DNA of 64,000 bases from Mobula birostris. Lineage: Eukaryota. How positions within the stretch are numbered: the first letter of the stretch is position 1; each line of letters begins with the position of its first letter. A model generated the notes under the pieces. It saw only the letters and a program-made list of their open reading frames with translations, was not told the DNA's origin and did not search any database. The stretch lies in assembly GCF_030028105.1 (NCBI RefSeq), contig NC_092382.1, positions 3,316,175-3,380,174 of the forward strand, in the 5' to 3' direction. The translations under genes were made by a program, and so were the position numbers. Shown in pieces: positions 1 to 11,802 of the stretch.

Positions 1-157
1 GCTGCAGCTCCGCGGTAAACGGGATTGGTGAGTCTCTCATGTCAATATTAGAATCAGGTTCAATATCACCGGCATTCGTCATAAAAATGTGTTGTCTTTA
101 CGGCAGCAATACTAAGTAATACATAATAACAGAGAAAAACTGTGAACCACAATAAGG

Positions 158-160
<3 letters not shown>

Positions 161-202
<42 letters not shown>

Positions 203-207
203 TGTGT
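161..207. repeat. (TG)n microsatellite
   Basis: Direct reading; similar (TG)n tracts at 1764-1800 and 41180-41216. Confidence 0.95.
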
Positions 208-736
208 GGGAGTGTACAATTTTTTGAGCAGCACAGATGAATACAAGAGGTTCAAATCTCCCGTAAATAGGGTCATACATCGGGAAACAATGGCTGCACT
301 TCAGCAGGTCATAACTGTGAAATGGGCTGAAAAACAAATGCCCACCCACAGTGGGAGGAGGTGACTGATTTGCACGCCACCGCCTTGTCTGAACGGGCAA
401 AAAATGAAAGATGGGGATAGTTCCGGGATCACCGCCTCATTCCTCCCCCGCCCGTCAGAACTAGAACAACAGGGACTGAGCAGAGGCTCATTTCAGATGG
501 TTCGCTGTGAAGGTCCCACAACCCGGACCGACGCCGGCAGGTTCTGCTCCTGGAAGCGGGCAGAGGCCGCCAATTCGGAGAAGTTAACGGCACTGACTGC
601 CCAACATCAGGCCTCCCCGCTTGGGACCAGCCTCGATACGCACCGATGTGAACTTGATGTCTTCACCCCGCAGTCAGCGATCCCTCCCTCGGCTCAGTAA
701 AGCAGAGCGGAGGGCGGGACTTGGGAAACAAGCCCG

Positions 737-1592
737 TGTTACGAACCAGCAGCAATAGATTACAAATGGAGTCTGGTTTTGATGTTAAAACCACTATCTT
801 TATTAGTAACTACTTATAATATCTTAACTTAAGCAGGATAAACAAAAGTTAACAGTGTTACGTAGGCACATATGTGTGTGGCTTCCAAGGTAACAAACTT
901 GGAAACAAAGCTAGAGTCTTATGAGGGTGAAATATGCAAGTTCGGTTGTCCACGAAGTGAATAATGGGAGAGAGAGAGATATCTGTAATCCGAGGCAAAT
1001 GCAGAGAGTAGGCGATCACGTCGAATTTCACAGATAAACGGAAGAGCCGTCGTCGAAGATCTTATCCGTTGAATCGATCCAAAGTCCACTCAAATATCTC
1101 ACCAAAGTGACCTGTCACAGGAATGTCGTCTTCAAGTGGTGACCACATCATATACCCAGGCAAGGGTTAACTTCGAGTGGTCCCACAGGACATTCCTGAA
1201 CCCACTCCGATGGATTATACGAAGTTTCAGACACGCACTTCTGGAGTAATCCTGCCCCGGCAGTTCTTAGTTCCAGCACTTANNNNNNNNNNNNNNNNNN
1301 NNNNNNNNNNNNNNNNNNNNNNNNNNNNNNNNNNNNNNNNNNNNNNNNNNNNNNNNNNNNNNNNNNNNNNNNNNNNNNNNNNNNNNNNNNNNNNNNNNNN
1401 NNNNNNNNNNNNNNNNNNNNNNNNNNNNNNNNNNNNNNNNNNNNNNNNNNNNNNNNNNNNNNNNNNNNNNNNNNNNNNNNNNNNNNNNNNNNNNNNNNNN
1501 NNNNNNNAAACTTGTGACTGACGTCATAGTCCCGCCTCACTCAGGCGCTCTTAAAGTAACAGTCCACAGTGCGAACCCGCAGGCCCGTAACA
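737..1592 (-). mobile_element. Solo LTR (Gypsy-type) with 4-bp TSD; spans an assembly gap
   Basis: Termini TGTTACG...CGTAACA, flanked by CCCG at 733-736 and 1593-1596. The left end resembles the LTR end at 44762-44900 (gagtctggttttgat...tttattagtaactact), which sets the orientation. Confidence 0.8.
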
Positions 1593-1762
1593 CCCGCAAC
1601 TGCTGCACATCTGCGGTAATGTGTGATCACGTGACCGGTGGGAGGGTCTCCCCTGACAATTTCAGAATCTGGTTTAATATCACCGGCAATGTCCTGGAAC
1701 GTGTTATCTTTCCGGCAGCAGTATAATGTAATTCATCATAGCCGAAAAAAGTAAATTTATAG

Positions 1763-1802
<40 letters not shown>

Positions 1803-1989
1803 TAAATTAAATAAGAGTGCAAAATTTAAATTAAAGCGTAATTAACCGATTCTCCACTGTAGTTGTGTGGAAATATAAGACAGCCTGGATTGCTGATTTA
1901 GATCTTCCAGGGGGAGGTTTAATTGTACTGTACACATTTTTGAGAAGTGCAAATAAGTGGAAAAGTTGTTCAATCTCGGAAAGATGCCG

Positions 1990-2350
1990 TCATAGAATCA
2001 TAGAAAACATACAGCACAATACAGGCCCTTTGGCCCACAAAGCAGTGCTGAACATGTCCCTACATTCGAACTACCTGGGTTTTACACATAGCCCTCTATT
2101 TTTCTACTGCTGCATATAGTCATCCAGGAGACTATTCAAAGACCCTATCGTTCTGGCTCCACCACCACCGCCGGCAAACCATTCCACGCACTCACCACTC
2201 TCTGCGTAAAAGTCTTACCCCTGACATCTCCTCTGTACCTGCTTCCAAGCACCTTAAAACTGTGCTCTCTCGTGCTAGCCATTTCAGCCCTGGGGAAAAA
2301 GCCTCTGAATATCCACACAATCAATGCTTCTCATTATCTTGTACACCTCG
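1990..2350 (-). mobile_element. CR1 LINE 3' fragment
   Basis: Reverse strand encodes the 'QRVVSAWN' region of the CR1 ORF2 C-terminus and ends in the (ttctatg)-type tail. Confidence 0.8.
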
Positions 2351-2999
2351 AATAAAGATGATTGAGGTCGAATCGTTCGGATAGAGATGGTGCTCTGTAC
2401 TCGGTGTCGGAGGGCTGATCGGAGCTCAAAGTTTTCTGAAGACTCAGAGTTGACTGTGGTGGGGCATGGCAGGGAGAGTTTTTGTTCCTTCTCCCGTCTG
2501 CGTGAGATGTGGACTGTTCTTCATCAGGTTATGGTATTGTTGCACTGTTGTAACTATATGTTATAATTATGTGGTTTTGTTAGTTTTTTCAGTCTTGGTC
2601 TGCCCTGTGTTTTGTGATATCACACCGGAGGAAATACTGTATCATTTCTTAATGCATTCATTACTAAATGATAATAAAAGAGGACTGCTAGTCTTCATAA
2701 TCTAATTTTACAAATTATCCAGCTGCTGCTGGGTGATCAGATTAAATCGGTTATTCCCCTCAGCCCTATTTCTCGGAGCACCGTAACTGCAGATTTCAAG
2801 TATAATTGTAAAGTGTACCGAAATTTCGATCCTCCTTGTGGAACACGGCTGCCCGCTGCCTTCCGGTCAGAATTCACTCTAATCATCTGCCTTCTGTGAG
2901 TAACCCAATTGTGAACCAATCAGCCAGGTTTCCCTGTGTCCCATGCCTCCTGACTTTCTGAATGAGTCCACAATGGGGAACTGATCAAACGCCTGACCA

Positions 3000-4560
3000 A
3001 AATTAATGCACCCACATCGACAGTTCTGATTCTTCTGTTTGTTTTAATTTCACTTTTTCAAATAATTCTGTCTGGCTCAGAAAGCACAGCATGCCATGTT
3101 GTCTCTCCGTAGCCAGACTACGTTTCTCCAAATTCTCATCAATTTCCTCTTCAATAATCCTCTCCAGTAGTTTACCCACTACTGATGTAAGACTCCCTGG
3201 TCTATAATTTCAAGAAGTATAGCTGTTATCTTTCGTCAACAAATGAATAACTTTTTCCAACCTGAAATCGTCTAGTTTTACCTCTGTGGCCAGCGAAGAC
3301 ACAAATATCCTGTCCAAAAGCTCAGCAGTAACTTCGCTCGCCTTCCAAAATTGCCTGGACTATATCCTTTCCTATATCGGGGAAATTATCCATCATAATG
3401 TTTTCCAAGTTTCCAGCGCATCCTCTTTTTCAGCGTCGGCATGTTCGAGCATATCTGCTTTTTTTCGCTGTGTTCACATTCATCAATGTATTCGGTGTGG
3501 AGATTCACTGCCTCCTTGGACTCCAGACACAAGTTTTCCTCTGATCTGCCCCCACTCTCTCCAGTCTCCTCCTGCTCTTCACAGTGCAACTCGTCAAGGC
3601 CTTCTCAACCCCCCTTCTACCTCTTCTAAGTCCACTGTTAAATTCTTTCTTGTCTGCACTGTGACTCGCCATAGCCCTATGTGATCCTTTCTTCCTAAAT
3701 CTTAAGTATCTTTCTTTCTTCCTCTTGAATCGTTCCAATCTTCTTGTCTCCCAGGGTTACTTTACGCTATCATCCTTTCCCTGCCATAAAGAGACAAGCC
3801 TATACTGAACCTCATGTCATTGTTCCTTCAGCAATCACCACATATCTGTTGCGCATTTCCCGGAGTACACCATTTCCCAATTTACCTTCCCAAGTTCCTG
3901 TCAGGTAGCCCCATAATTCGCAGAGCCCCAATTAAATACATTCCATGCTCCTGGTCCTATCCCCGTGCAAGGTAAATGTCGGGGAGTTCTGCCCTATCGC
4001 TCTGAAATGCTGACCCGCGGAGAGATCTGTCACCTGATCCGTTTCCTTTTCTATTATTAGATCCGGTCTGGACTGTTCGCTAGTCCGAGTGTCTTCTTAT
4101 AGTGACGTGAATCCTTCCTGGACACAACTGAGAAATTCTGCCATACCGAAACCTTTTACCCTGGGGAGGTGCCAAAGAATATTGTGTAAGTTTCATTTAC
4201 CCGTGTCAATAGCATGACACGTGTCGAGTTCCCCTCCCAATCGGTTCCTCACTGTTCCCCTTGCAGTTCTTTTTGTTAATCTGGTGGGCGGCTGTAGAGA
4301 ATACTCCAAATGGGGAGATGGCGCCCTTCATGTTTCTGTGTTCGTCTCACAGTCTATTAACAAACGAACGCTGCACGTTGTCCTCCCTTTCTGCATCTGC
4401 CTTACTATCCCTGATCTGCCTTCGCACTCCGTTTACACTCTGTTACCCGACCCTGCCCATTTTTCAACATTCAAAACACGGAAATTTCTGCAGCCATCCC
4501 TGCCCTTGTGACAGTCGAGTGTCTGTGATAGTTTGCAACATACCTCAACCATTGTAACAA
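3000..4560 (-). mobile_element. Old degenerate CR1 ORF2 fragment (paralogous copy at ~30110-31670)
   Basis: Decayed CR1 motifs on the minus strand (e.g. 'ttatagaccagggagtcttacatcagtagtgggtaaac' = YRPxSLTSVVGK). Confidence 0.65.
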
Positions 4561-4752
4561 TCACGCCAGCAGCATTGAACGTTTGTATTGCTACCTACCT
4601 GAACTGTATGAAGTCAGCAATCTTCCGTCAATTCTACCATTTCAGGATGAGCAGGCGTATGATTAATTGAGTCTATGACATATTTGCCAACCCTGTTCAT
4701 TGGAAAACGGCTTTATTTGAAATCTCCGCTGAATTGCCATTGGAGGCGCGCG

Positions 4753-5651
4753 TTATCTACACAGATGGCCATTTAATGTAAACACATACTTCATTCCATT
4801 CCTCAGCTCTTCTCTGAATTTCCTCTGTGCCAGTGTATAGATACAAGTATTGGTGCACACGCTGAGAATTAACAACATTAACCCAAATTGCTGTAGGATG
4901 TATACCGGGGAACTCAAATATCTGTCCTGGTAAAAATAGTTTTGCAGTTGCCATTTCAGGGAATGGGCTACATAGGGCATCCAAAATAATATGAAATTAG
5001 CTGATACAGAAAACAGCGAAATCATCGACTTTCTGCGTTTTTCCACCTCGGCATCTTTCTGATTGTCGCTGCTGTGCCGAAGCCTTCTGCGGACTCTAAT
5101 TGCAGCAACGATATGTCTTACGGTTAACCCGTTAAACACCAGGATTAAGCCGATTGGTAGCAATGGTTTTAAAATACTGTCCAGTAATGCGTATCCTCTC
5201 CACACGGGTGAAGTGGCGTATTCATATGTGCCGGTGCACCGCCACGGCGTGTTGTCAATGATGACGTAAGGTTCAAGGGCAAAGTAAACCGGGGCACATC
5301 TCCCGCAGCTCACTATAACCACGGTCACGATAACCACCGTTGCTGTTCTCTCGGTGCAGTATCGCTCCCGCAGCTTTCGGCAACATATTGCGATGAAGCG
5401 ATCGAAGGTAAAACTGACCGTAAACCAAACAGAACAGTCCGTCATTATGACCCGAAATACAAGTGTCAGAGCGCATACAGGAGTGATGAGCAGGGATCTG
5501 GAATAAATGTAGATATTGTTGGTCTGTTCTACTAAAGCAACAACGATAACTACCATCAGATCCGCTGTTGCCATTCCAACCAGGTAACGGGTGATGCATT
5601 TGGAGAGTCCGCATTTTCCCCGAGAAAGGATCACAATCGCTGTTAAGTTAA
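4753..5651 (-). CDS. GPR139/GPR142-like class A GPCR, gene A, exon 2 (spliced protein 322 aa)
   Basis: Acceptor tttcttgcag|TT AAC. Motifs: TM2 MATADL, TM3 DCSVWFTVSFTFDRFIAIC, TM5 PLLP, TM6 FWMP, TM7 NTCIY, helix 8 KFREEL. Stop at 4753-4755. Confidence 0.93.
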
Positions 5652-6371
5652 CTGCAAGAAATTTGGAAACAAAATAGAAATATGGTCAGCTCCCTGAATG
5701 CCCCCATTCTACCGATGCGACGCAGGGTATGGTCTGTTTGGAAGTGAAAAGCGGGATTCCAGCGTGTGCGGTCTCCGTCGCTGCACTCCGGCTGGAGGAC
5801 AATGACGGATGTGAGTGTCGGTGGATTGGCGACCTTCCGACGGTTTAAAGCGAGGCATCCGAGTTCCACGACTCACGTACCGGTGAGCAGTCGATCGCTC
5901 CTGTAAACAACATCTTTTCCATTATTAGAGGTGAAATAGCTGAAGGAATTGTTTGTAGCGGTGACAAAGTGGAGTCAAGGAGATATGAAGAATGAGTTCT
6001 CATTTACTGACTTACAGAAGAACAGACCTGCATGTCGAAAATAGACTAGACAATCATTTATATAAGCTGCCATGTTGTTATAAGGTCGAAGTGTCTGCAC
6101 TGATAGAGACTCGGACCTAGAAAATCAGAGACCAGCATCACTTCAGAAGGCCTAGCGAGGTGAAATTATGAAACAGTGACAATATCGACACCAGCTTAAT
6201 TGACAAAGGAAGAAGGCATTGCGATCGAAGCATAGAAAATGAAAATAATACAATCAGATGCCCGAATCGTCCATTCCGGAAACACGTTTCAGCCGATGGT
6301 AGCATCTGTGCGGATACCGCAGCAAAGTAACGACGGCCCCATACATAAAATAACCAGCTCCAGCATCTTAC

Positions 6372-6441
6372 CGGGGACACCAACCGCTACAAGTGTGGGA
6401 TAGTAAATGGCCGCGATGTAGTAAATCGCCGGATATCCCAT
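6372..6441 (-). CDS. GPCR gene A exon 1 (MGYPAIYYIAAIYYPTLVAVGVP+G)
   Basis: ATG at 6441, 70 nt, donor G|GTAAG at 6371. Phase-1 join to exon 2 gives ...GVP-V-NLTAIVIL in frame. Confidence 0.9.
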
Positions 6442-6516
6442 ATTCCGTCAGGAGCAGCGTTCAGTTGTACGGAACGTTTCAGCTGCTCAGATAGACTGGG
6501 GATCGGATTAGCAGAC

Positions 6517-6570
6517 TTTTATTGAGTTGAGAGCAAGTCTACTGAGGCAATTAGCGTGGCTATCACGTCA
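6517..6570 (-). promoter_or_regulatory. Putative gene A core promoter: AATAAAA TATA-like box plus CRE-like TGACGTG
   Basis: AATAAAA at 6523-6517, ~76 bp upstream of the ATG; TGACGTG at 6570-6564. Both are retained in the paralog (33760-33766, 33807-33813). Confidence 0.45.
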
Positions 6571-7479
6571 GGGACATTAGTGACAACCAACTGCACAAAC
6601 ACTTACGTTAAGTTATTTTGACTCACTCTGTCCCCGTGTCATGAATTTGACTCCTCAAGGGATATTGCAATCTATTTACTTCAAAACAAAACATGATGTG
6701 CTTTTTTCCATGTTATTTTCCATGATACCTGGCTTCAGCTATTTTAATAGTATATATATATTTAATATCTGTGTTGCTTTTAAAGTAGGCATTCATCTTG
6801 AAGTGGATTTATTTTGTAACATTTGAAGGAACACATTCGCTTCTGAAATTGAGGGATGGAGTTTGTTCTGACAGGTGGAATGGAGAACACTTCTTTGTTA
6901 AAGGGGAACATTCGCTCATTCTTTTCTTTCGCTCGTTCCCGTCATTCCGGGCGGTTTGAGTGATGGAAACCACAGTGACAATTGACAAGTGTTACAATAA
7001 AATACACTGCACTTATATTCCTCAAAACACTTTAATGTATCCACAGCGATATTCCAGAGACCTGTGGTCAAAGAGGGCACGTATCTTCGGGAAATTAGTG
7101 AGGGCTGTGGGCAGTTTGAAGAACAATGTTTTCCAGCGCACGCATGGGCCGTTCGGCAGGAACCTGACCTCTGCCAGTGAATGACTTGACCACCCCATAC
7201 CCGTGACCTGCGATGCAGTCTAATTAACTTTAAAGATATTTCATTCAAACCTGCCTCAATTCCACCACTATGTCTCCATCCATTCTCTGAACAAATAGCA
7301 AATAAAATCTGTGAACTATCCGCAGCTGTTCTATTATTAGGCACGAAATTGTATTTTTTCTCTTCTGATTTACTGTCAGGTATATTGCCTTTCGAGCGTC
7401 ACTATAAGTATGTGCAGAACAGCGGATGGCTTCAAGCTCACCTGTCAATCACACGTCTTCCTGCTCTTGCAGTGCATCG

Positions 7480-8935
7480 CTCCGTGACTATTGTGGTCTC
7501 GTACCGATGAGCGCCCTCGCCTTATTGGAGAGAGTCTCATCACTCTGTTTCCATTGGGGAACTCGTACTTATGTGCGGCCCTCGGTTGACTCGAGAAAGT
7601 ATCACCTCTACCTTCAAATCCATCCTTCCAATGTGAATCACTTCGTACCGTTTCGGATTGAACTTCACCTGTAACTTCAGAGCGCTGCTCTGCGTCCTGT
7701 CACTGTCCTGTTGTAACCTTCTATACCATCCATAATTCCACCAACTTCCACATGATCGGAAACACAGTAACCAATCTTCCATTTCCTCAACCAAATCATT
7801 AATAAAACACAAAAATGCCAGGGGTCTCAGAACAGAACTCTGTAGGAGACCACTGGCTGCCGACACCCATGAAGAAAACGCCCCATAACCAACGGTGTAG
7901 TGCATTCTGTGGGCGTCGGTTCTGATCCACCAGCTAACTTCAAACTTTTTGAAAGGCCTACCAATTTTAACCGTATCAAATACCCTATTAAAATCCATTC
8001 ATACCAATACAAATTCTCTTCCTTTATGAACGCGCTTTGTCACAATCTCACAGAACTCAGCCAGGCTCCGGAGACGTGCCCTGCGCCTCACAAAGCCATG
8101 TCGACTCTCCCTAATCACGTTTCTGCAAATCCTGTTTCTAAGATTCTCCTCCAATAGTTTGCCCAGCACTGAAGTAGGACTCATTGGGTTATAATTCACA
8201 TGGTTATACCTACAGCCTTTCCTGAACAAGACAATAATATTTTCCACGCTCCAATCCGCTGACACTACATCTGTGGTTGGTGATAACGCAAAGCTCAGCA
8301 CCAGTGGAGCAGCAATCTCTTCCCCCGCTTCCCACAGTAACCTGGGGTTTCTCGCCACCACACCAAGAGGACTTACCAATCCTAATATTTTTCAAAGGTT
8401 TCTGCACATCCTCTTTTTTAACCGCGACATGTTGCCGCACATAAGCCCTTTTAACGCTTCCTCGCAAACGTCAGGATCTCTCACTGGTGAAAGTTGAAGT
8501 AAACTCCTCATTAAGGACCTGACCTGCCTCCACCAACTCCAGCCACAAGTTTCATCTCTATCCCTGACCGGTCCGACCCTCAATCTAGTCATCCCTTTCC
8601 TCACATACATCTAGGATATCGTGGGGTTTTCCTTAATCCTCATGGAGGCTTTCTGTAGAGGGATCTTGTTCTCCTAATTCCATTCTCCATTTCGTCCCTG
8701 GCTGCCGTGTCCGATCCTAGCTTTCTAAACCTGGTCAGCATCTTTCTTCCTCTTGACCAGTTGATCCACATCTCTCTCAAACATGGTTCCTTCACCTATC
8801 CAGAGCCCTATGCAGGTGTTGCGTAAAATACCTTCTCATTCGCGGTGTATATTTTCCAGAGCGCACAAGTTCCCTGATTGATCTCTGAGATTCCGGCAAA
8901 ATGGCATCATAATGCCATTTCGCCAATTAATTACT
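7480..8935 (-). mobile_element. Degenerate CR1 LINE RT region
   Basis: ORF-track fragments with 'LFRKG', 'PTSVLGKLLE', 'HGF', 'MDF', 'QSSVLRPL..FINDL'; multiple frameshifts. Confidence 0.85.
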
Positions 8936-10434
8936 TTTGGCCTGTGGGGAGAGAGCAGGAAAATGTGATTAGTTAGGGGACTGAGAAAGGTTCGAGGGGA
9001 GAGATCGCGGTAATGGGATTCGTTTGGAGACTGACACGGGGGTTTTGTGGAGATAGCGGGGCAGCTTGATTAATTTGGTGACTGATGCAGGGCTGTGGGA
9101 AGAAAGCGGCAGCGAGATTAGTTCAGGAACTGGTACAGGGATATGGGGAATAAACTGGGATTTAACGAGGCAGTGGAATTAATTTGGGGTGACATGAGGC
9201 TGTGGAGACATAACGAGTTTGTGGCATTATTTTCTGACTGGCACGGGTCTCTGGGATTACTGAAAGCCCCCGTTTACGAAATTTGGGTGCCAGTACAGAG
9301 TGAAGCACACAAAAATGTGAATTTTACTGTATTTTTCACAAGTCTTGTGTTTGTGCTGTTACATAAATAATTGAAATGACAAATGGAGCTCCCCCACCCC
9401 ATCCCTCCATCCAGTAGCTGCCCCTACCGGTCCAACCCCGCATTCCCATGCTCTCACTCCACCCTTCCTTTGCCCTCCAGACTACGGAATCCCCGAGCCC
9501 AGGAACACCGCCAAACCCACGAGTACCGGGACTTCTGATCACACACCTACCGGGCCGGCTCTCCCCCCATAGATCACGGAGGTGAGGTAAACTCTAACCT
9601 TCCCTCAGCTTCTCACAGCCTCTTCGGCCTCAGGACCTATCGACCCGAAACGACTCGCAAGCGAGGCCCATCTGTGCAGAGAGCCAGGGCGCTCCCGTGC
9701 CTTCAGCGCCCTTACCTCCTGGGACAGAGGCAGGAGGTCGGGGACGTTTTGTGTCCGGATGAGGGTCGGCACAGGCGAATCACCGTACTGAGTAGGAAGT
9801 AGAAGGGAGCGGGAGGGTAGAGGGGGTTCCCGGGTACTTGAAGGTACATGAAGGGCCAGAGTCTCTCTCAGGGAGGGGACGTTTCCTCTTGGACCCTACT
9901 CACCTCCAGTCCAGCCCGGCTCTAGGCTGCACTGAGCTCCGACTGCGACGCTAAATCCGACTGCAGACTGGAAAGAGGGCTGCCTGCATCCCGTCCGCGT
10001 CTTCCCCGGGACACTGCATCTCTCGCCGGCAGGCAGGCACCGTCCCGTTCGGGAAGGACAAGAGGCGTCACAGAGGGCAGGGAAGGCGATTTCTGCGGAG
10101 GATCGGACAGAAAGATAGAGTGAGGCTAGGTCGGAGGAGGGGATGAAGGTGGGGGTGTTCGGGAGAGGAAGGGAGGGTGGTCGCGAAAATGGGTTAGAGA
10201 TGGAGATCGCGAAAAGGGGTGGAGAGTGTGATCAATATGACAAGGAGGGAGGGGTCAGACCGAGACGGAAAAGGCTGGATGGATGTTTCAGAGGGATTTT
10301 ACAATGGAAGCTGTGCAATCCTAAAATGGCGAGCCGGTATGAAAGCCCTCTAACTACTCACGGTACATAAACGTTTTCTCTGATTCACAATGCCCCATCC
10401 TCCCTCATACCAGTCTGTCTCTCAGCCCCTAGTC

Positions 10435-11495
10435 TGTCATAATGGGGCGCTGGTAGCGGACCCAAATGCAAGACACAGACACTGAAGTATTTGGAACAGG
10501 ACCGGACAAAACTAAGGGACGGGACAGGTCACAGACTAGGACTAGAGTTAAGAAAGGAAGGGAAGTGGAAAAGAAAGGACGCTGGACATGACACAGGCCC
10601 GGGACAAGACAAGGATATAGGACCTGGCTAGGACTTGACTAGGAACAGGGAAACCGGACAAAGGACCATGAACTAGGATCCTGGGCTTGGACTCCGAGCC
10701 AGAGACTGGACACCGACCCGAAACCTGGGTCTTGACTCAGACTCGGACACCGAAACTAGACGAGACATGACGAGGCTTGGGTTCTTCGAGGTTAGGGTAC
10801 TACGAGGCTTGGGTATGGACTCCGAGCCAGAGGCTGGGTAAGGACCCTGAACATGGTAAGGACATGACATGGTCTTGGGAGAGCAGGAACATGGAAGGCA
10901 GAGCCTCGGTCTTGGGAGAGCGGGAACGTGGAACACAGAACCTTAGTCTTGGGAGAACAGGAACACGGATACATGGACTTGAGAGACAGGAATATGGAAC
11001 ACCGAGCCGGGACCCCTCCTTAGGAACAGGACGTAGAGCCCGGTCTCATACACAGAACACAGAGCCGGGATCCCTCCTTGGGTACAGGCCATTGGGCCGG
11101 GACTCACACACAGACCACAGAATATGACGAGACTGTCAATAACACAAGGTAGCGGCAGACGGCCGGACCTACCTAGCGAAGGCGTGGATAAAAAGCAGTA
11201 CAACACAACGATAGACGGTTCCTATCCTGCTCCGGCGATAGAACTATACAGTGGTGCAGACGAGACAAGGCTTCAGACGAGGAAACAGAAGTCAGGGGAA
11301 GGGAAAGGATACAGACAGGCCGTATGGACAGGAAAACCCAGCAGCCAGAGGCTGAATCCTGAAAGTATTTATGAAGCCAGCCCAAACGAGAATCAGCTAA
11401 CTTAACAGAAATTGGGGAAAACCGGAAAAACTGGAATAAGAAACATGGACCGGACCGTGAACCGGAATGCGAATTACACGGACCGGAGCATGACG
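10435..11495 (-). mobile_element. Solo LTR, Gypsy chromovirus/sushi-like family (same family as 37757-38947)
   Basis: Termini TGTCAT...ATGACG (CA mutated), imperfect 5-bp TSD tAGTC/cAGTC. Reverse complement matches the 38400-38930 segment, including 'catttgggtcc' near the 3' end. Confidence 0.75.
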
Positions 11496-11499
11496 CAGT

Positions 11500-11743
11500 C
11501 CCTCTATCACCTCCTGCAGTCTCTTGCTCTGCTGGCTTTCTCTAACACTTAGTCTTTCGCCTCTCCTCCACCAGGCTTTCTCCTAGTCTGTCTCACCTCA
11601 CAGTCACTCATCTGCGTCTCTCTCCAGACCTGAGGTCTCTCTACAACCGTCTCAGCAACCCCTATCAAATCAGCAAATCACTTCTCCTTCTCCTTTACTA
11701 CCGATATTCTCTCTCCCAGTCGCTTTCTCTTCTCTCTCTGTCT

Positions 11744-11802
<59 letters not shown>

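Larger units (their letters stand above)
2703..8000. repeat. Segmental duplication copy 1 (paralogous to ~29810-35270), contains GPCR A
   Basis: Collinear similarity by eye at ~27.1 kb offset, from 'aaattatccagc' (2712 vs 29819) to 'ttaaaatccattcat' (~7990 vs ~35255). Confidence 0.9.

Noticed and set aside
9380-10370. GC-rich segment as a host exon or CpG promoter
   Set aside because: No recognisable protein motif or consistent splice structure. It may be a decayed Tx1/L1 5' region, but I cannot support either call.
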